In this document: in pieces, positions 1 through 10,675 of the stretch | How the letters are laid out: each line of letters starts with the position of its first letter | Position numbering within the stretch: the stretch's first letter is position 1 | DNA from: Paramicrosporidium saccamoebae KSL3 | Lineage: Eukaryota; Fungi; Cryptomycota | Direction: 5' to 3' | Length of the DNA: 32,000 bases | Assembly: GCA_002794465.1 (NCBI GenBank) | Contig: MTSL01000003.1 | Location: forward strand, 41,733 to 73,732 | Notes under the pieces: model-generated | What the model saw: only the letters and a program-made list of their open reading frames with translations | What the model was told of the DNA's origin: nothing | The model's database searches: none | Made by a program: the position numbers and the translations under genes

Positions 1-36
1 TAATTTATAATACATTTAATGGCTTTGGTATTTGGG

Positions 37-3000
37 TTATATTAGTGAAGTCAAGTAGTTTCCAATCAATTTGTTCAGGAACGGCTTGTGTATTTCCATA
101 TCCACGCCAAACTCCAATGCCAGTTTCAGACGGATCGACCTCCTGGTTGTCCTACTCAAATCACAACAAGATAGCAACTCATGAGTCCGCTTCTCGATGC
201 GGTGCTCAAGGGACATGGGCATATCATTGCAACTGTCAATCCTCGCAAAAGAGTCTTCTGACGATACATAATTTGTCATCTCGCTGCGTGAGCCTTGGCA
301 GAAAAGGTCGTCTGGATCAAGCATAATGTTTGAAAGCCTGCTGGAAGCTGAATGCGCTAGCTGCCGTTGGTCAGGTGATGCGTTCCGATCATCCCAGGGT
401 TGAAGATGCACATTGTGATAAAACGTGTTTTCCACTTCGCCAAAGTCAAAGTTTTCTTTTGTCTTTTCGCCGGTTATCTGTCGCGTGTTCCCCCAGGAAA
501 AGTCATCAAAATGCCAAAATGCATATAATGGAATAACGAAGCCGAATATAGGTAGTGCGAGCAAATGGATCGTCATCCATCCAATGTGTTGCCATTGTTT
601 CTTCAAGAGGAACACTATGACCTGCATCCCATAGACTGCCGCGAGAAGGGCCAACGAGACAAGAGGGATGGTGTTGGATTCCATGGATTCGTAAATAAGA
701 AATGCTAGATATATAACACATGCAGGCATTACTAAGGTTGCATATAGATCCACCAATACGATGAATCTCATGGAAAAGCAACAGAAGCCGCACATGTCAG
801 GCAGTAATAAGAGTTCAAAGAGATTATGGATCGTCGAGTTAATCCATCTTCGGCGTTGACTCAGTAATACTGGCCACCTTTCCGGAGCCACCGTCAAACA
901 GGCGGCATCAGGTGTAAACTTTGTGCGATTTTTGGGGAAATGCTTGAGCATCAAAGTTGTCAGATAACGGTCCTCTCCGAGCGAGAGTAGATTCTTTTTA
1001 TGTAGAGTGCTCACGGTGACCTCTGAGTACTCGTCAAGCAGCTCTTTCTTCACTATTAATGGCGTTTTTTTCGGTGACCGGATACGGTAAAGGCAAAAAC
1101 ATCCCGGAAGACACGTAACAGTTCCGAATAGAGACTCAAACGCCTTTGAGAGGTGATGGCTGATGTAATATTCATACACCTGGATCATTGTTACCCAGGA
1201 GTATTTTTCGTTTGACAATTTCGTCTCTCCACATATACCCATTACCTTTCCATCATGTACACAGCAGGAAACCATTCTATTAAGAGACTCGGGAAGCACT
1301 TCTGTATCGGCATCAACCATCAGTAGATACTCGTAGAGCGAGGGATCAACGCCGATGAAATTTTTGATATGCAGGTATATTTCTAGATCCAACGGAGTCA
1401 TCGGGTCACGGTAATGTACATTACTTAGAAAGCGCAAGAGAACCATTTGTGAATCTCGCTTGCCGCGATTTCCAGGTCGGATTGTTTCGTGGCTGTTGCC
1501 GACCTTGACTACGACAACAAAAGGAACACGCTGGCCACCACACTCATAGAGGCCCGAGTATACCTTGGCAAAATTGACATAGCGGCTCCCCTCAGCTAGT
1601 GAAAATGATCCTCGAACGGGCGGATCGGCAGAGGGATCAACGCCAAGAATATCTAGAACTATCGTTGGAGTAGGCCGATCATTTCCATTTCCGATGACTA
1701 TCCCATCCGCTACAATAAACAGCAATTTCCTCTTGTTATCATATTGTAGTTGTGCCAGCGAGTCAATTGTCTTCCTTAGGGATTCCTCGTCCTCGGTGTA
1801 GCAAGGCACGTGAATGATGACAAATTTGTCAAGATCTTCAGGTTCTCTTTTGGATCCCAGCTGTAGAGCAGCTAAAAATTTCACAAGCATGATTAAAGCG
1901 AGCATTCCAGTGCTACCTAGTAGAATGTACTTGCTAACCATGCAGTTGACAGAATTTCGCTCATCCAAGACACCCAAAAAGTAATCTCTCAACTTGTTGA
2001 TGTCAGTTTCCGAACCGGGATAGGCAAAGGCAAGAGTTTTGTCGACTCCCCAAGGCGCCGATAGTGCCTCAACAGCGGCCTGACTGAGTGTACCCCAATT
2101 CCCGATAACATTTGAAATGTCATAAACAGCGCCTCTGATGGAAACCTTGGCATTATTCTGGGTAAAACCTTCATCTCTTAAGAGGTGTGGAATTCCAAGA
2201 TAAACTTTGTTTTTCAACGATCTCAAAATTGACATACTCTCAATGCGATGGATGAAACCCGTCTCTGTAGCTCTTCTTTGGTCATCAGAAGCACCAATTG
2301 TGTCCATACCTGCATCATTAAGGCCATGTTGTGAAATCTTTGAGCCTAGTGTGGGAGCATCGGGCAGTCGTGGTTTTTTAATACGGCGGCGCTTTGCTGC
2401 AGAGATCGAGCGAATATCTTTTTGGTCTATTTTAAAAGCTTTCGACGGCCGATAGTCATTTTCTGGGTCTCGTTTGTAAAACTTGTAAACAGGACCAATC
2501 GAAAACTGAGCACGCACGGCCTCGAGCTTTGAAGGTGGCGGGAAGAGCGACGATGCGTCAAGCCCAGCCCAATTGTAAATGTGGTCTGATAATGCACTTC
2601 CTTTAGTATGTCGCAGCACCAGTGGTGAAACATCATATACGATCCCATGGATAATCACATGCGGCCGGCTCTTTGGCTGCCTTGTGACTTCTGCCATTGT
2701 CATGATACGCTGTTTTGGGCATACTACAATGCTGAGGCCCATGATGAAGAATAGCATAAGGAGACTCACAGATCCGATAATCACGACCAGAGTCACCTTT
2801 TCACGCCATGCGTCCCGCATGTCCGGGTGATGGAGACCAATCCAAGAAAGGAAAGTATCTGGTATGTACCAAGTGGAAACAAAGGCAAAAAATCGCCAAA
2901 TTTTCCTCCCTGTGGCATTTGACTTGGATCTCATTTCTTCAACCTCCACTAATCGCTTTGCTTCGACCTCGATCATTTTGGCCATTGGTACAATGGAATG

Positions 3001-4777
3001 CTTCAATTCCCCAGAAGATTTTTGAAGGTTGAACAGTGATGATTGCATGAACTCTGACGAATCGGCGTCAGAATCGTGTATTAGAGTGCTCGAGCTATTC
3101 TCAAACGTGCGCTCCCATAATTCCTTTATGCCAGAGACTGAGAGGTTTATGGTATTCCTCGTTGCTATCACTTTAAAAGTTGGGATATTGGCTTTCTTGA
3201 GAATTGACATGCAGGCTTCATCACTAGTGTCACTCTGAGTAATGGGGTCTAGCCTAGAGAAAGTTGCCACAAATTCTGCGTGGCTTAGCCGACAAAAGCC
3301 GACTCCGGAGGCCTCTGCGATTTGACCTTGAATTATTTCCGTTTTCAGCGAGTTGGTAATATGCTGTACATCAAATATACTCGGCTCTCCAGTGACATTG
3401 GAATCAATACATTCAAGCGTCCAAGGAGTAGTACCATGCGAAGAATGTCTTGCCAATGCTCGACGGAGCCCAGAATCTATCAATTAAAGACGAAAGTTGA
3501 GTATTTACTCTTGATGAGCTCGTGGAAAAACTTGTTTGTACAGCATATATCTGAAATATGCCTATGGAGGTCATATTCAGAAGACTGTGAGTCTGCTTTG
3601 GGGAGGCCGCATGTAATGCTTATCCAATGTTCAGCACCTCTTTCACATGACATCTGAGTGTTCAGCTGCTGGAAAATCCAGCGCAACAATGCGCCATAGA
3701 GAGAGGCGATAAAGTGTCTAGTATTCACATTTGCCTCAATATGACCGAGAATAGCCGAATATTTAGTTCCTTCGCCCAAAGTCTTTTCGAGCGTAACTTG
3801 TTCATATCGCGGCGGCCTGGTGGACAGAATAGTTACCAGGTCAGATTCTGCAATTCCGAGGAGTCGCGAGGCCCGGAAAAGTGATTCTTGATTGCTGATC
3901 AGCCAACCATCAAGGTCGTCATGATTCGGAAGGATCTCAATGTTCCCAAGATGTAGCATCGCAGATATAGTGGCAAGAAAGTCGCTGATTAAAAACGACT
4001 GGCTCTTAAGTGAGAGTAAACCTTTGAGAAATTGATTCAGTGACAATTCGCATTCTGTCAGCGATACGTAATCTCCCTCCAAGACTTTGAACTTACAGTT
4101 GTCAAGGAAAAGATCTTTTCTACATGAACCTCGCAAACCAGAATAAACAAGATGGAAAATCAAAGAAAATCCTGTGCGCCTGTGGAATACAGCATTTGAG
4201 GCCTCGCGGAATTCTGTATGAAGATCTGCACCAGCGATACGCTCCCTTGACTGATATATGTTCATACTCCATGAGTGTGGCGTCAGGATGGCTTGATTTT
4301 TAAAAGCCAACAATGGCCAGATAATGTCTGGCACAAGACGAACAGTATTGATTAATGTTACTTCTGGCATAGAAGACCTTGGCATCAAAATATTAGTAAG
4401 ATGATACAAGCACTGCTTAATTTGCATATACTCTCCAACGCTACCCGGCCCTCTACAGATTGAAGTGTGCGAGCATACACCTACCTGATAGCCAGGTTCT
4501 GAACTTTTCGTGTACTGATCCAGTGGGCATGAATCAAAGACAAGAAGCCATATAAATGCGGATACTGGAATAAATGCAGAGGCCCGTACTTAGCATAGTA
4601 GTTCGAGGCATCGTCATTGAACACGGCTGGCGATGGGCAAAAGGGATTCACAAATAGACAGCACCGGTAACTGATCAGACTGTACAATATCTCCTGGTCA
4701 AATCGTTGCTTCAGAACAGCGGTAATATTATCCAGGTTTGAGTTTGGAGGAAAGGTGCACTCATAGGAATCGTCCAT
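37..4777 (-). CDS. Chitin synthase with N-terminal myosin motor-like domain (class V/VII type), about 1558 aa, 3 exons
   Basis: Three track ORFs join through two 32-nt GT-AG introns (4453-4484, 3477-3508); the spliced length of 4677 nt is divisible by 3. Myosin-head-like N-terminus (RF..ILYS..LFVNPF, PHLY, LHLGNI, ASLYGALLRWIF), cytochrome b5-like segment (HVIIHGIVYDVS), GT2 chitin synthase motifs DADT, GEDRYLT and QRRRW, and a C-terminal DEK_C-like domain. Confidence 0.93.
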
Positions 4778-4872
4778 CGGTGTGACGAAGGGCCTCTACG
4801 AAATTCAAATAGACTGTTTACGCAACTATTACGTCAATATAGCCATTTAGGGCAAATGAGGTTTAATAGCAC

Positions 4873-5925
4873 CTAATACCAAAAACTGATAGATATGCTA
4901 TGTGTACGCCCAATAACTAAATGCCACCAGCCTTTTGGCACATAAAGCACGTCTCCGGGATGCAGAGTGACTTCCCTAACAGGAAAATCTATTTCACCGG
5001 CGTTCATTGAGGATAGATCTAGAGAGCTCGTGTTTTTGTCGCAGATCGGCAATGACTGCGAGTACTTGGGATCCACAAGGAAAAACGTTTTATACCCAAC
5101 AATTTGACAAAAAAAGTTATCATAAGGGTCAGTATGAAGGGGGGTGGCAGTGCCGGATTTTCCGATCCAAACGTTCCAAAGTATACAGTCGGATTGCATA
5201 GTGATCAAATCGGGAACCTGGATCAAAGCTCCCAGTTCTGGTATTTGAGAGAAGAGGTCGTGTTGTGCTAGATACAGCTTTTCATTACATTCGTCAGCCA
5301 TCAAATAGTCCAGGAATTCTCCAAATGCCACCAATCTTTGTTCCCAGGAATTCTCCAAATAGGTTCCTCCCACCTCAACAGGCACAAGTCGATGGCCGTA
5401 TCTTGCAGCAAAAAAATCCAGGCACTGCCATTCACGCAATACAGGCCAGTGACTAATGATATCCTTCAACACTAGGGGATTCGTTCGAGCACCAAAGAAG
5501 TAATCAACTGATGGGCTACTGCAGCGCTCTACTTTTTCATATTTCGGACTTGTTGTCCCACTAGGGGGTTGTTCTGGCGAAATGCGACCGACTTTCCATC
5601 GGGTGTTAAAAGCTGCAAGAACTTTGCTAAATTCTGCTTCTAAGTAGGCAATGGATTGTAACAAATTTGGACGAGGACCCACAGTTAGAATCGCCCTGTC
5701 CAGCGACTGTATTGCCTCTACGACTTTTCCTTGCCTGGAATAAACCTCGGAAAGCGCAACTTCCACACGCTCAAAGGAGTCTAATAAGCTACCTACTTTA
5801 GCTGACTTGTTGAATTCCAATTGCACCGCCACCCGTCTTTCTGACTCTAACCGGAGAAGGGCCTCTAATCGTTCTGCCGTCTCCACAATATTTAACGCAC
5901 TGTCCAGGTCAACTAATATGGTCAT
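4873..5925 (-). CDS. JMJD5: JmjC-domain 2-oxoglutarate/Fe(II) oxygenase, JMJD5/KDM8-like, 350 aa
   Basis: ATG at 5925. HxD...H metal triad (TPLHTD...WWHLV), LAQHDLF, VPVEVG, PGDVLYVP and terminal SISFWY match the JMJD5/JMJ30 subfamily pattern. Confidence 0.8.
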   Translation of the reverse strand: MTILVDLDSALNIVETAERLEALLRLESERRVAVQLEFNKSAKVGSLLDSFERVEVALSEVYSRQGKVVEAIQSLDRAILTVGPRPNLLQSIAYLEAEFSKVLAAFNTRWKVGRISPEQPPSGTTSPKYEKVERCSSPSVDYFFGARTNPLVLKDIISHWPVLREWQCLDFFAARYGHRLVPVEVGGTYLENSWEQRLVAFGEFLDYLMADECNEKLYLAQHDLFSQIPELGALIQVPDLITMQSDCILWNVWIGKSGTATPLHTDPYDNFFCQIVGYKTFFLVDPKYSQSLPICDKNTSSLDLSSMNAGEIDFPVREVTLHPGDVLYVPKGWWHLVIGRTHSISISFWY

Positions 5926-6046
5926 TCATCAATGAGAGGAGAGGATACAATCGCGTGACGTGGTGGATTGACTGGCCTGATTTGAAGACATGATATCTAG
6001 ATCAACCAATAGTCTGGGTCTGTGGCTACCAGAGCCAATACCTAAT

Positions 6047-6206
6047 TTGTAGTGGGGAGGCCCTGTGGGACCGTCTGTTTATAATTAGCGGTCCCAATCT
6101 ACAATCAAGATGACTCCCCCCTACAATCCAAGCTCGCCGTATTGAGGGCGGTGGCCTGTGAAGAAACCACATACTTTGCTAATGTAACCTCTGGCCACCA
6201 ACAGGT
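6047..6206 (+). other. Intergenic nested inverted repeats (candidate structured RNA)
   Basis: Stem 6047-6059/6114-6126 (12 of 13 pairs) encloses stem 6066-6074/6088-6096 (9 bp including one G-U). A second stem GGTGGCC 6150-6156/GGCCACC 6193-6199 is followed by ACA at 6201-6203. Confidence 0.4.
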
Positions 6207-6289
6207 CCCTGATCCATAGATGTGATATACTCGCTCGCATCCTGCATTCTCACGCTATAATATTTATTCGTTACAAATTATTACTCACG

Positions 6290-6784
6290 TCAATCGGCGT
6301 GCCTACTGGCTTGACTCGAGCGCTTAAATTTTAAAAGACCGACATTGCTGAAAGAGCCCCTTAGGAAATCCTGGTATTCGCCATCTGACCATTTTTTCTT
6401 TCGGTAGTTTATAAGGGTCACATTTGCGGGTAACTCTTCTCCGCTAAAAAGCTCGAATTTTGGAACTCCCTTCACGGTGGGTGGCCTTCTAGGTTCGCAG
6501 AGATATCGTAAAAGGTCTGAGCAAGTGGAGAATGAGGCAAGGACGTGATCAGGAACGGGTGTATCTGCGGCCTTGCTAGCTGCAAGAATGATTTTCGTGT
6601 CGGTGACTGCATCAGAACCTAACTTTATGGATTCTACTGGAGTTGTCTCGCTGGCCTGGATGCAGGAGCGAATGGCCTGCTGAATGCTCTTCCTTGAGAC
6701 AGCTGAATGCAGTTGCCGTGAAATTGTCGGGATTCGGGAAAGGACCGGAGCGACTGAAATTCCCTTAAGCGGCACCATGGGCAT
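6290..6784 (-). CDS. MRPL50: Mitochondrial large-subunit ribosomal protein mL50-like, 164 aa
   Basis: Basic, Ser-rich presequence-like N-terminus; PVPDHVLASFSTCSDLLRYL...KFELF...LPANV resembles the mL50 pattern VPNSRLHQM.RV.DVLDFY...KFDEL...LPPNL. Confidence 0.65.
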   Translation of the reverse strand: MPMVPLKGISVAPVLSRIPTISRQLHSAVSRKSIQQAIRSCIQASETTPVESIKLGSDAVTDTKIILAASKAADTPVPDHVLASFSTCSDLLRYLCEPRRPPTVKGVPKFELFSGEELPANVTLINYRKKKWSDGEYQDFLRGSFSNVGLLKFKRSSQASRHAD

Positions 6785-6874
6785 TTTGAATTTTGTATTA
6801 ACTTTTGCATAAAAGTGTAGTCAATCCGTCTCAGTGTATACAATACTTTATTCTCAAGCAGATGGGGCCACATT

Positions 6875-7542
6875 CTAGTCATCTTTTGCCCGTTCAACGT
6901 TTCCAGAAGATTGAACATCAGCTGAGACGCTGCGACGTTCACAGCGAAGCTTCCAGGTGCTTATAGCCGCTTTGACTTTTTCGTGAATGCGTTTCTGGAG
7001 CGCTGGCCGATATCCGAGGACAAACAACAATTCCATAAACACAAAGAGAGGGGCCAGCAAAAGGGCCTGTAGTGTATTGTCGAGAATGGCGGGCGCACGA
7101 CGCTCAATGAATGTGTGCGAGAGGACCTGAACACCCCAACCAATTATTTGGATGGCAAGTGGCGCCTTCCAGGCATAGCCAGTCTTGATGGCAAACACGT
7201 TTGCAGAGTAGGTCAACGTGAGGAGGAACGGTGCATAAACAGCCTACACAGTCTAGTCATAATGGCAAGAAATACGCCTGCAACGGGCTCCAGCAAGAGA
7301 TAGTAAAAGATGAAGAGAAAGGTGAGGGCGAACGAAAAGTTGAAGGGTATTTGTTGAAACAATATCTGGACGGGCAGGTTGGCCATAAAGACCATGGAAG
7401 ACCAGAATATCATTGGAACGAAAATGATGTGCACCACTCGATTCCTACCACATTAATACAAGGGAACCCGGCAATTTTACCATGGATTGTTATGGTACTG
7501 TCCATAAAATGTCAACTGTTCTTCAAAGTTTAGCCACCCCAT
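6875..7542 (-). CDS. MPO1: MPO1/DUF962 family membrane dioxygenase (2-hydroxy fatty acid degradation), about 199 aa, 3 exons
   Basis: ATG at 7542; introns 7445-7480 (36 nt) and 7244-7275 (32 nt). The spliced protein has FYGQYHNNPWNRVVHIIFVP, QVLSHTFIERRAPAILDN and QALLLAPLFVFMELLF. Confidence 0.88.
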
Positions 7543-7644
7543 GGAAGCTGCAGCAGAACCACGAAGGCGTTGACTGCGGACCGGGCCGGGGGGACGATAA
7601 AGTTCATCAACCCAACTTGAGCAATCGCTGAGCGTTTGTCTATT

Positions 7645-9148
7645 TTATTCACTCAATAAACTCAAAAACCGATTGGAACGTGAAAGTCTATCATCATTGC
7701 TTGAATCCTCAGGCTCTTGCGATTCGTCTTCCGAGTTGGCGCTATCCCCATAAACTATTGTGCGTGCTATCGGCCCAGAGTACAGCTCCGGATACCATGC
7801 AATCAGTACTCTTCCATCCAGAATCATGCGAAGGAGAAGATTTGCAGCACGATGGACATCAGGACGTCCAGCCTTGGAGGTGAAGAATCCTTTTTGAATA
7901 GCAAAACTCTCACAAATGAGGAGGACAGACCATTCGCACTCTCCTGGCGGCAAAGTCAGACCTAAGGACTTTGGAATATTTAGCAACAACGTCGCCGCTA
8001 GGATCGGGCCAAAAGGATCTCGAAGCTGTGCAATGTTAAACAATCCGTTGAGAACTTGCAATTCCCGAGAAAGAGAAACGGGGAAGATCAAGCCAGGACA
8101 GTCACAGAGGCGAATGTTTTTGGTGAGATGAATTGTTTGAAAGTGTTTGGTGTGACCTGGAGTTTTTGACGCGCTGACGACTTTATGGCCGACAATGCTA
8201 TTGATCAAAGACGACTTTCCGACATTTGGATGACCTAGCATTCCGATAGTGATGCAGCTCACCTCGGTTGTTGGCATGGATTCGTCCAATTTCGCTCCCG
8301 AGGTACCTTTCCGGGAAATCATCTCCCATTCAGTATCGTTCCTATTATTTACGGCCAACTTGCAACGGTCCAAAAGTTCTTGAACACCCAAGGAATCTCG
8401 ATATCGGCGAGGATTTTTCACAGCAGCGGCTGTATCTACAATGTCGTAAACACTTGTTTCCACCAACACTAAGGCCTCGCCAAAGTACGATTGCATAGAT
8501 GTCTTCCAAAAATCGACTAGTTTTGGATCAACGAGGTCGCACTTCATCAAAGCGCAAATCACAGGCTTTTTCAAGGTTTCCAAATATCGATGAAGGGAGA
8601 GTGGGTAATGCAACAGCGGAAAACGTATATCCAAGACAACCACAATCACATCCGACACTTCGCAGACCCTCCAAAACTGTCTCCAAACCTCGAGATTGTG
8701 CTCAAAAAAGCCAAGCTGACAGTCTGAAGCATAGATATCTTTGAGCCATTGCTCATGGTGTTCAAATTCACTCACGTCAAGCTGATCTTTTGACATGTCA
8801 GAGGTCCAGGATGGTCTCATTGGAATCGGCATACTTGTGGACGCATAAAACTCTGTGATGTTGACGGCCGTGCTCGAGGAGCCAGATGACTTTAGAGGGG
8901 AAGTGTACAGTGGATTTTCCATGCATTTGATCAGAAACGCTTCTTTATCGCGCGGAACCCAATCTGAGACGAGCTTACTAAACTGGTTAGGACCAGACAC
9001 AAAAAGAGCACTTTGTCCTTCTAGTAGGAGGACTTGGAGCGGCCACAACTGTGGGCAATGCATTTTCCGGTTGGGCCTTTCGCTGACGTCTTTCTTGCAA
9101 TTGCTGCTTCTTTTTCTTTCCACTAAACGGCTTCGCTCGTGACGACAT
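7645..9148 (-). CDS. GNL1: GNL1/LSG1-family circularly permuted GTPase, about 489 aa, 2 exons
   Basis: Start MSSRAKPFSGKKKKQQLQERR resembles the GNL1 N-terminus; 34-nt intron 8978-9011. Motif order G4 (MKCD), G1 (GHPNVGKS), G2 (PGHTKHFQT), G3 (DCPG), plus FEHNLEVWRQFWRV and GRPDVHRAA. An upstream in-frame ATG lies at 9229. Confidence 0.88.
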
Positions 9149-9436
9149 TCGTGGGGATAGTTTACGAAAATGCTTAGCGAATGACAAGTGCTTGAATCTG
9201 ATTGGCTCTAAACGCGAGGACTTGCTCATTGGGCTGATACGCGTTCATTAGCAAGTGACAGTATCATCCAATAGGATAGCAGCCACAGACTACCTTCCAG
9301 TGATATGCAGTGCGTGCCTTCCAGCCTTTGTTATTGGATAAATTCATGCCTCTGCCCAATAGTAGTTGGCCAGAATCTTCATCTCTGTCCCGGCCGATCC
9401 TACAAGTGCTTAATCGTACTCGTGCTTACAGTAGAC
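9149..9436. promoter_or_regulatory. Divergent promoter region between GNL1 and STE12
   Basis: 288 bp between head-to-head start codons (inferred from position); contains CCAAT/ATTGG boxes. Confidence 0.45.
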
Positions 9437-10486
9437 ATGATGGATGAGAACATACTGCTGACAGAGGAAAATGCTTTTACTGAAATGTCCATGGTAGAGG
9501 ATGAATCGAAAGCCACCAACAAGTCAGGCAAGCCTCGGAGAATGCGGAAACAGCCATTGATGGCGTTGGGAGATCGTCGCGTCGGAACCGATCTCAGTAG
9601 AAGCGATACGAGTCAGCGTTTGTTGGAAGTTGCCAGTATGAGTACTCATGCCAAACTTGAATTATATAATCGCCTTTCTGATGATTTGCGCAACTTTGTC
9701 TCTTCCGCCTCCCACGATTGGCAAGAGGGCGAAGAGTGTCGTCGCTTTACCGTGTTTGGCGACTGCATCACCTGCGCAAGATGGAATGACCAAAGTCTGG
9801 TTAGTGGTGTTGACATTATTAAAGTCATCGGCGCCATGTACCGTTTGGCAAACATGGGAGGATCGCCTACGGATCGTCGGAAATTTGAAGAGGGGATAAC
9901 CAGCGATCTGAGAAGCCTAAAAGTCGGCGCCCATGCCATCTTGGAGGAGGCCCATTCCAGTCTTCTTGACTTTCTCTACCGTATTAGTAGTGTGAGAACT
10001 CACAAGAGACAAAAAATTTTCTTCTGGGACACTGTTCCCTTTGAAAAGCTGTACCACGACGCAGCGGAGAGAGAGAATCGTACAAGTCAATCTCCAGAGC
10101 GTACACTGCCACGAGGACGTTCTAATTCTTATCCATTCATGAACTCGCCTCGAGGACCGTTGCGAGGGAATATGATTAATGCCAAAAGATCTTATGACGG
10201 CACTGAGTCAGCATCGCCGCGCTCTTGGGGCAGCCCGGAGAACAGCACCGATCGCTCCGGCTACATTCTTTATGTCCCGGCGGCGATGCGGAGACACTCT
10301 GCGCCAGCGGACCAGCCGGATATCACTAGCTTATCAATGGTTGCTGACGCGGCACTTGGAATGCATGATTATTCTACACATGCACAGCAGGAAGCCGTCG
10401 CCCTTCCACCCATTAGAACAGAGCTAAAGGCCCAAGAATCGCCTCTCCCTAAGCTGGATTCGATTTTGCCAAAAGAATTAGACTAG
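9437..10486 (+). CDS. STE12: STE12-like transcription factor (STE domain, no C2H2 fingers), about 349 aa
   Basis: SGVDIIK, RRKFEEGITSDLRSLKVG, LEEAHSSLLDFLY and RTHKRQKIFFWDTV align with the STE domain consensus TGTDIV, KKFEEGIFSDLRNLK, KTQKKQKVFFWFSV. The start is taken at ATG 9437; the track's 9305 start is also in frame. Confidence 0.85.
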   Translation: MMDENILLTEENAFTEMSMVEDESKATNKSGKPRRMRKQPLMALGDRRVGTDLSRSDTSQRLLEVASMSTHAKLELYNRLSDDLRNFVSSASHDWQEGEECRRFTVFGDCITCARWNDQSLVSGVDIIKVIGAMYRLANMGGSPTDRRKFEEGITSDLRSLKVGAHAILEEAHSSLLDFLYRISSVRTHKRQKIFFWDTVPFEKLYHDAAERENRTSQSPERTLPRGRSNSYPFMNSPRGPLRGNMINAKRSYDGTESASPRSWGSPENSTDRSGYILYVPAAMRRHSAPADQPDITSLSMVADAALGMHDYSTHAQQEAVALPPIRTELKAQESPLPKLDSILPKELD

Positions 10487-10675
10487 ACTTGTAAATATAA
10501 ATATCGCAAGTTGAGTATGTGTAAAGTAGTGAAATTATGGCAAGTACATTAGATGGGCGATACGTGATGGGCCAAACATTAAAGAAGGGTTAGAGGCGAG
10601 AAATGTGAGACGAAAGACGGCAAGATTAGACGCTCATGTTTTAGCATTCTCCCCGCTACGTGATAATCTAATTTA

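Noticed and set aside
6043-6060. TAATTTGTAGTGGGG resembling the U1 Sm site and stem-loop IV
   Set aside because: No ACTTACC 5' end or U1 loops upstream, and the Sm-like site is itself paired in the long stem.
6040-6237. Possible spliced minus-strand microgene (MQDASEYITSMDQGPVGGQR... with 33- and 26-nt GT-AG segments)
   Set aside because: No recognisable product. With such weak splice signals chance models are easy to build, so it is not supportable without RNA data.
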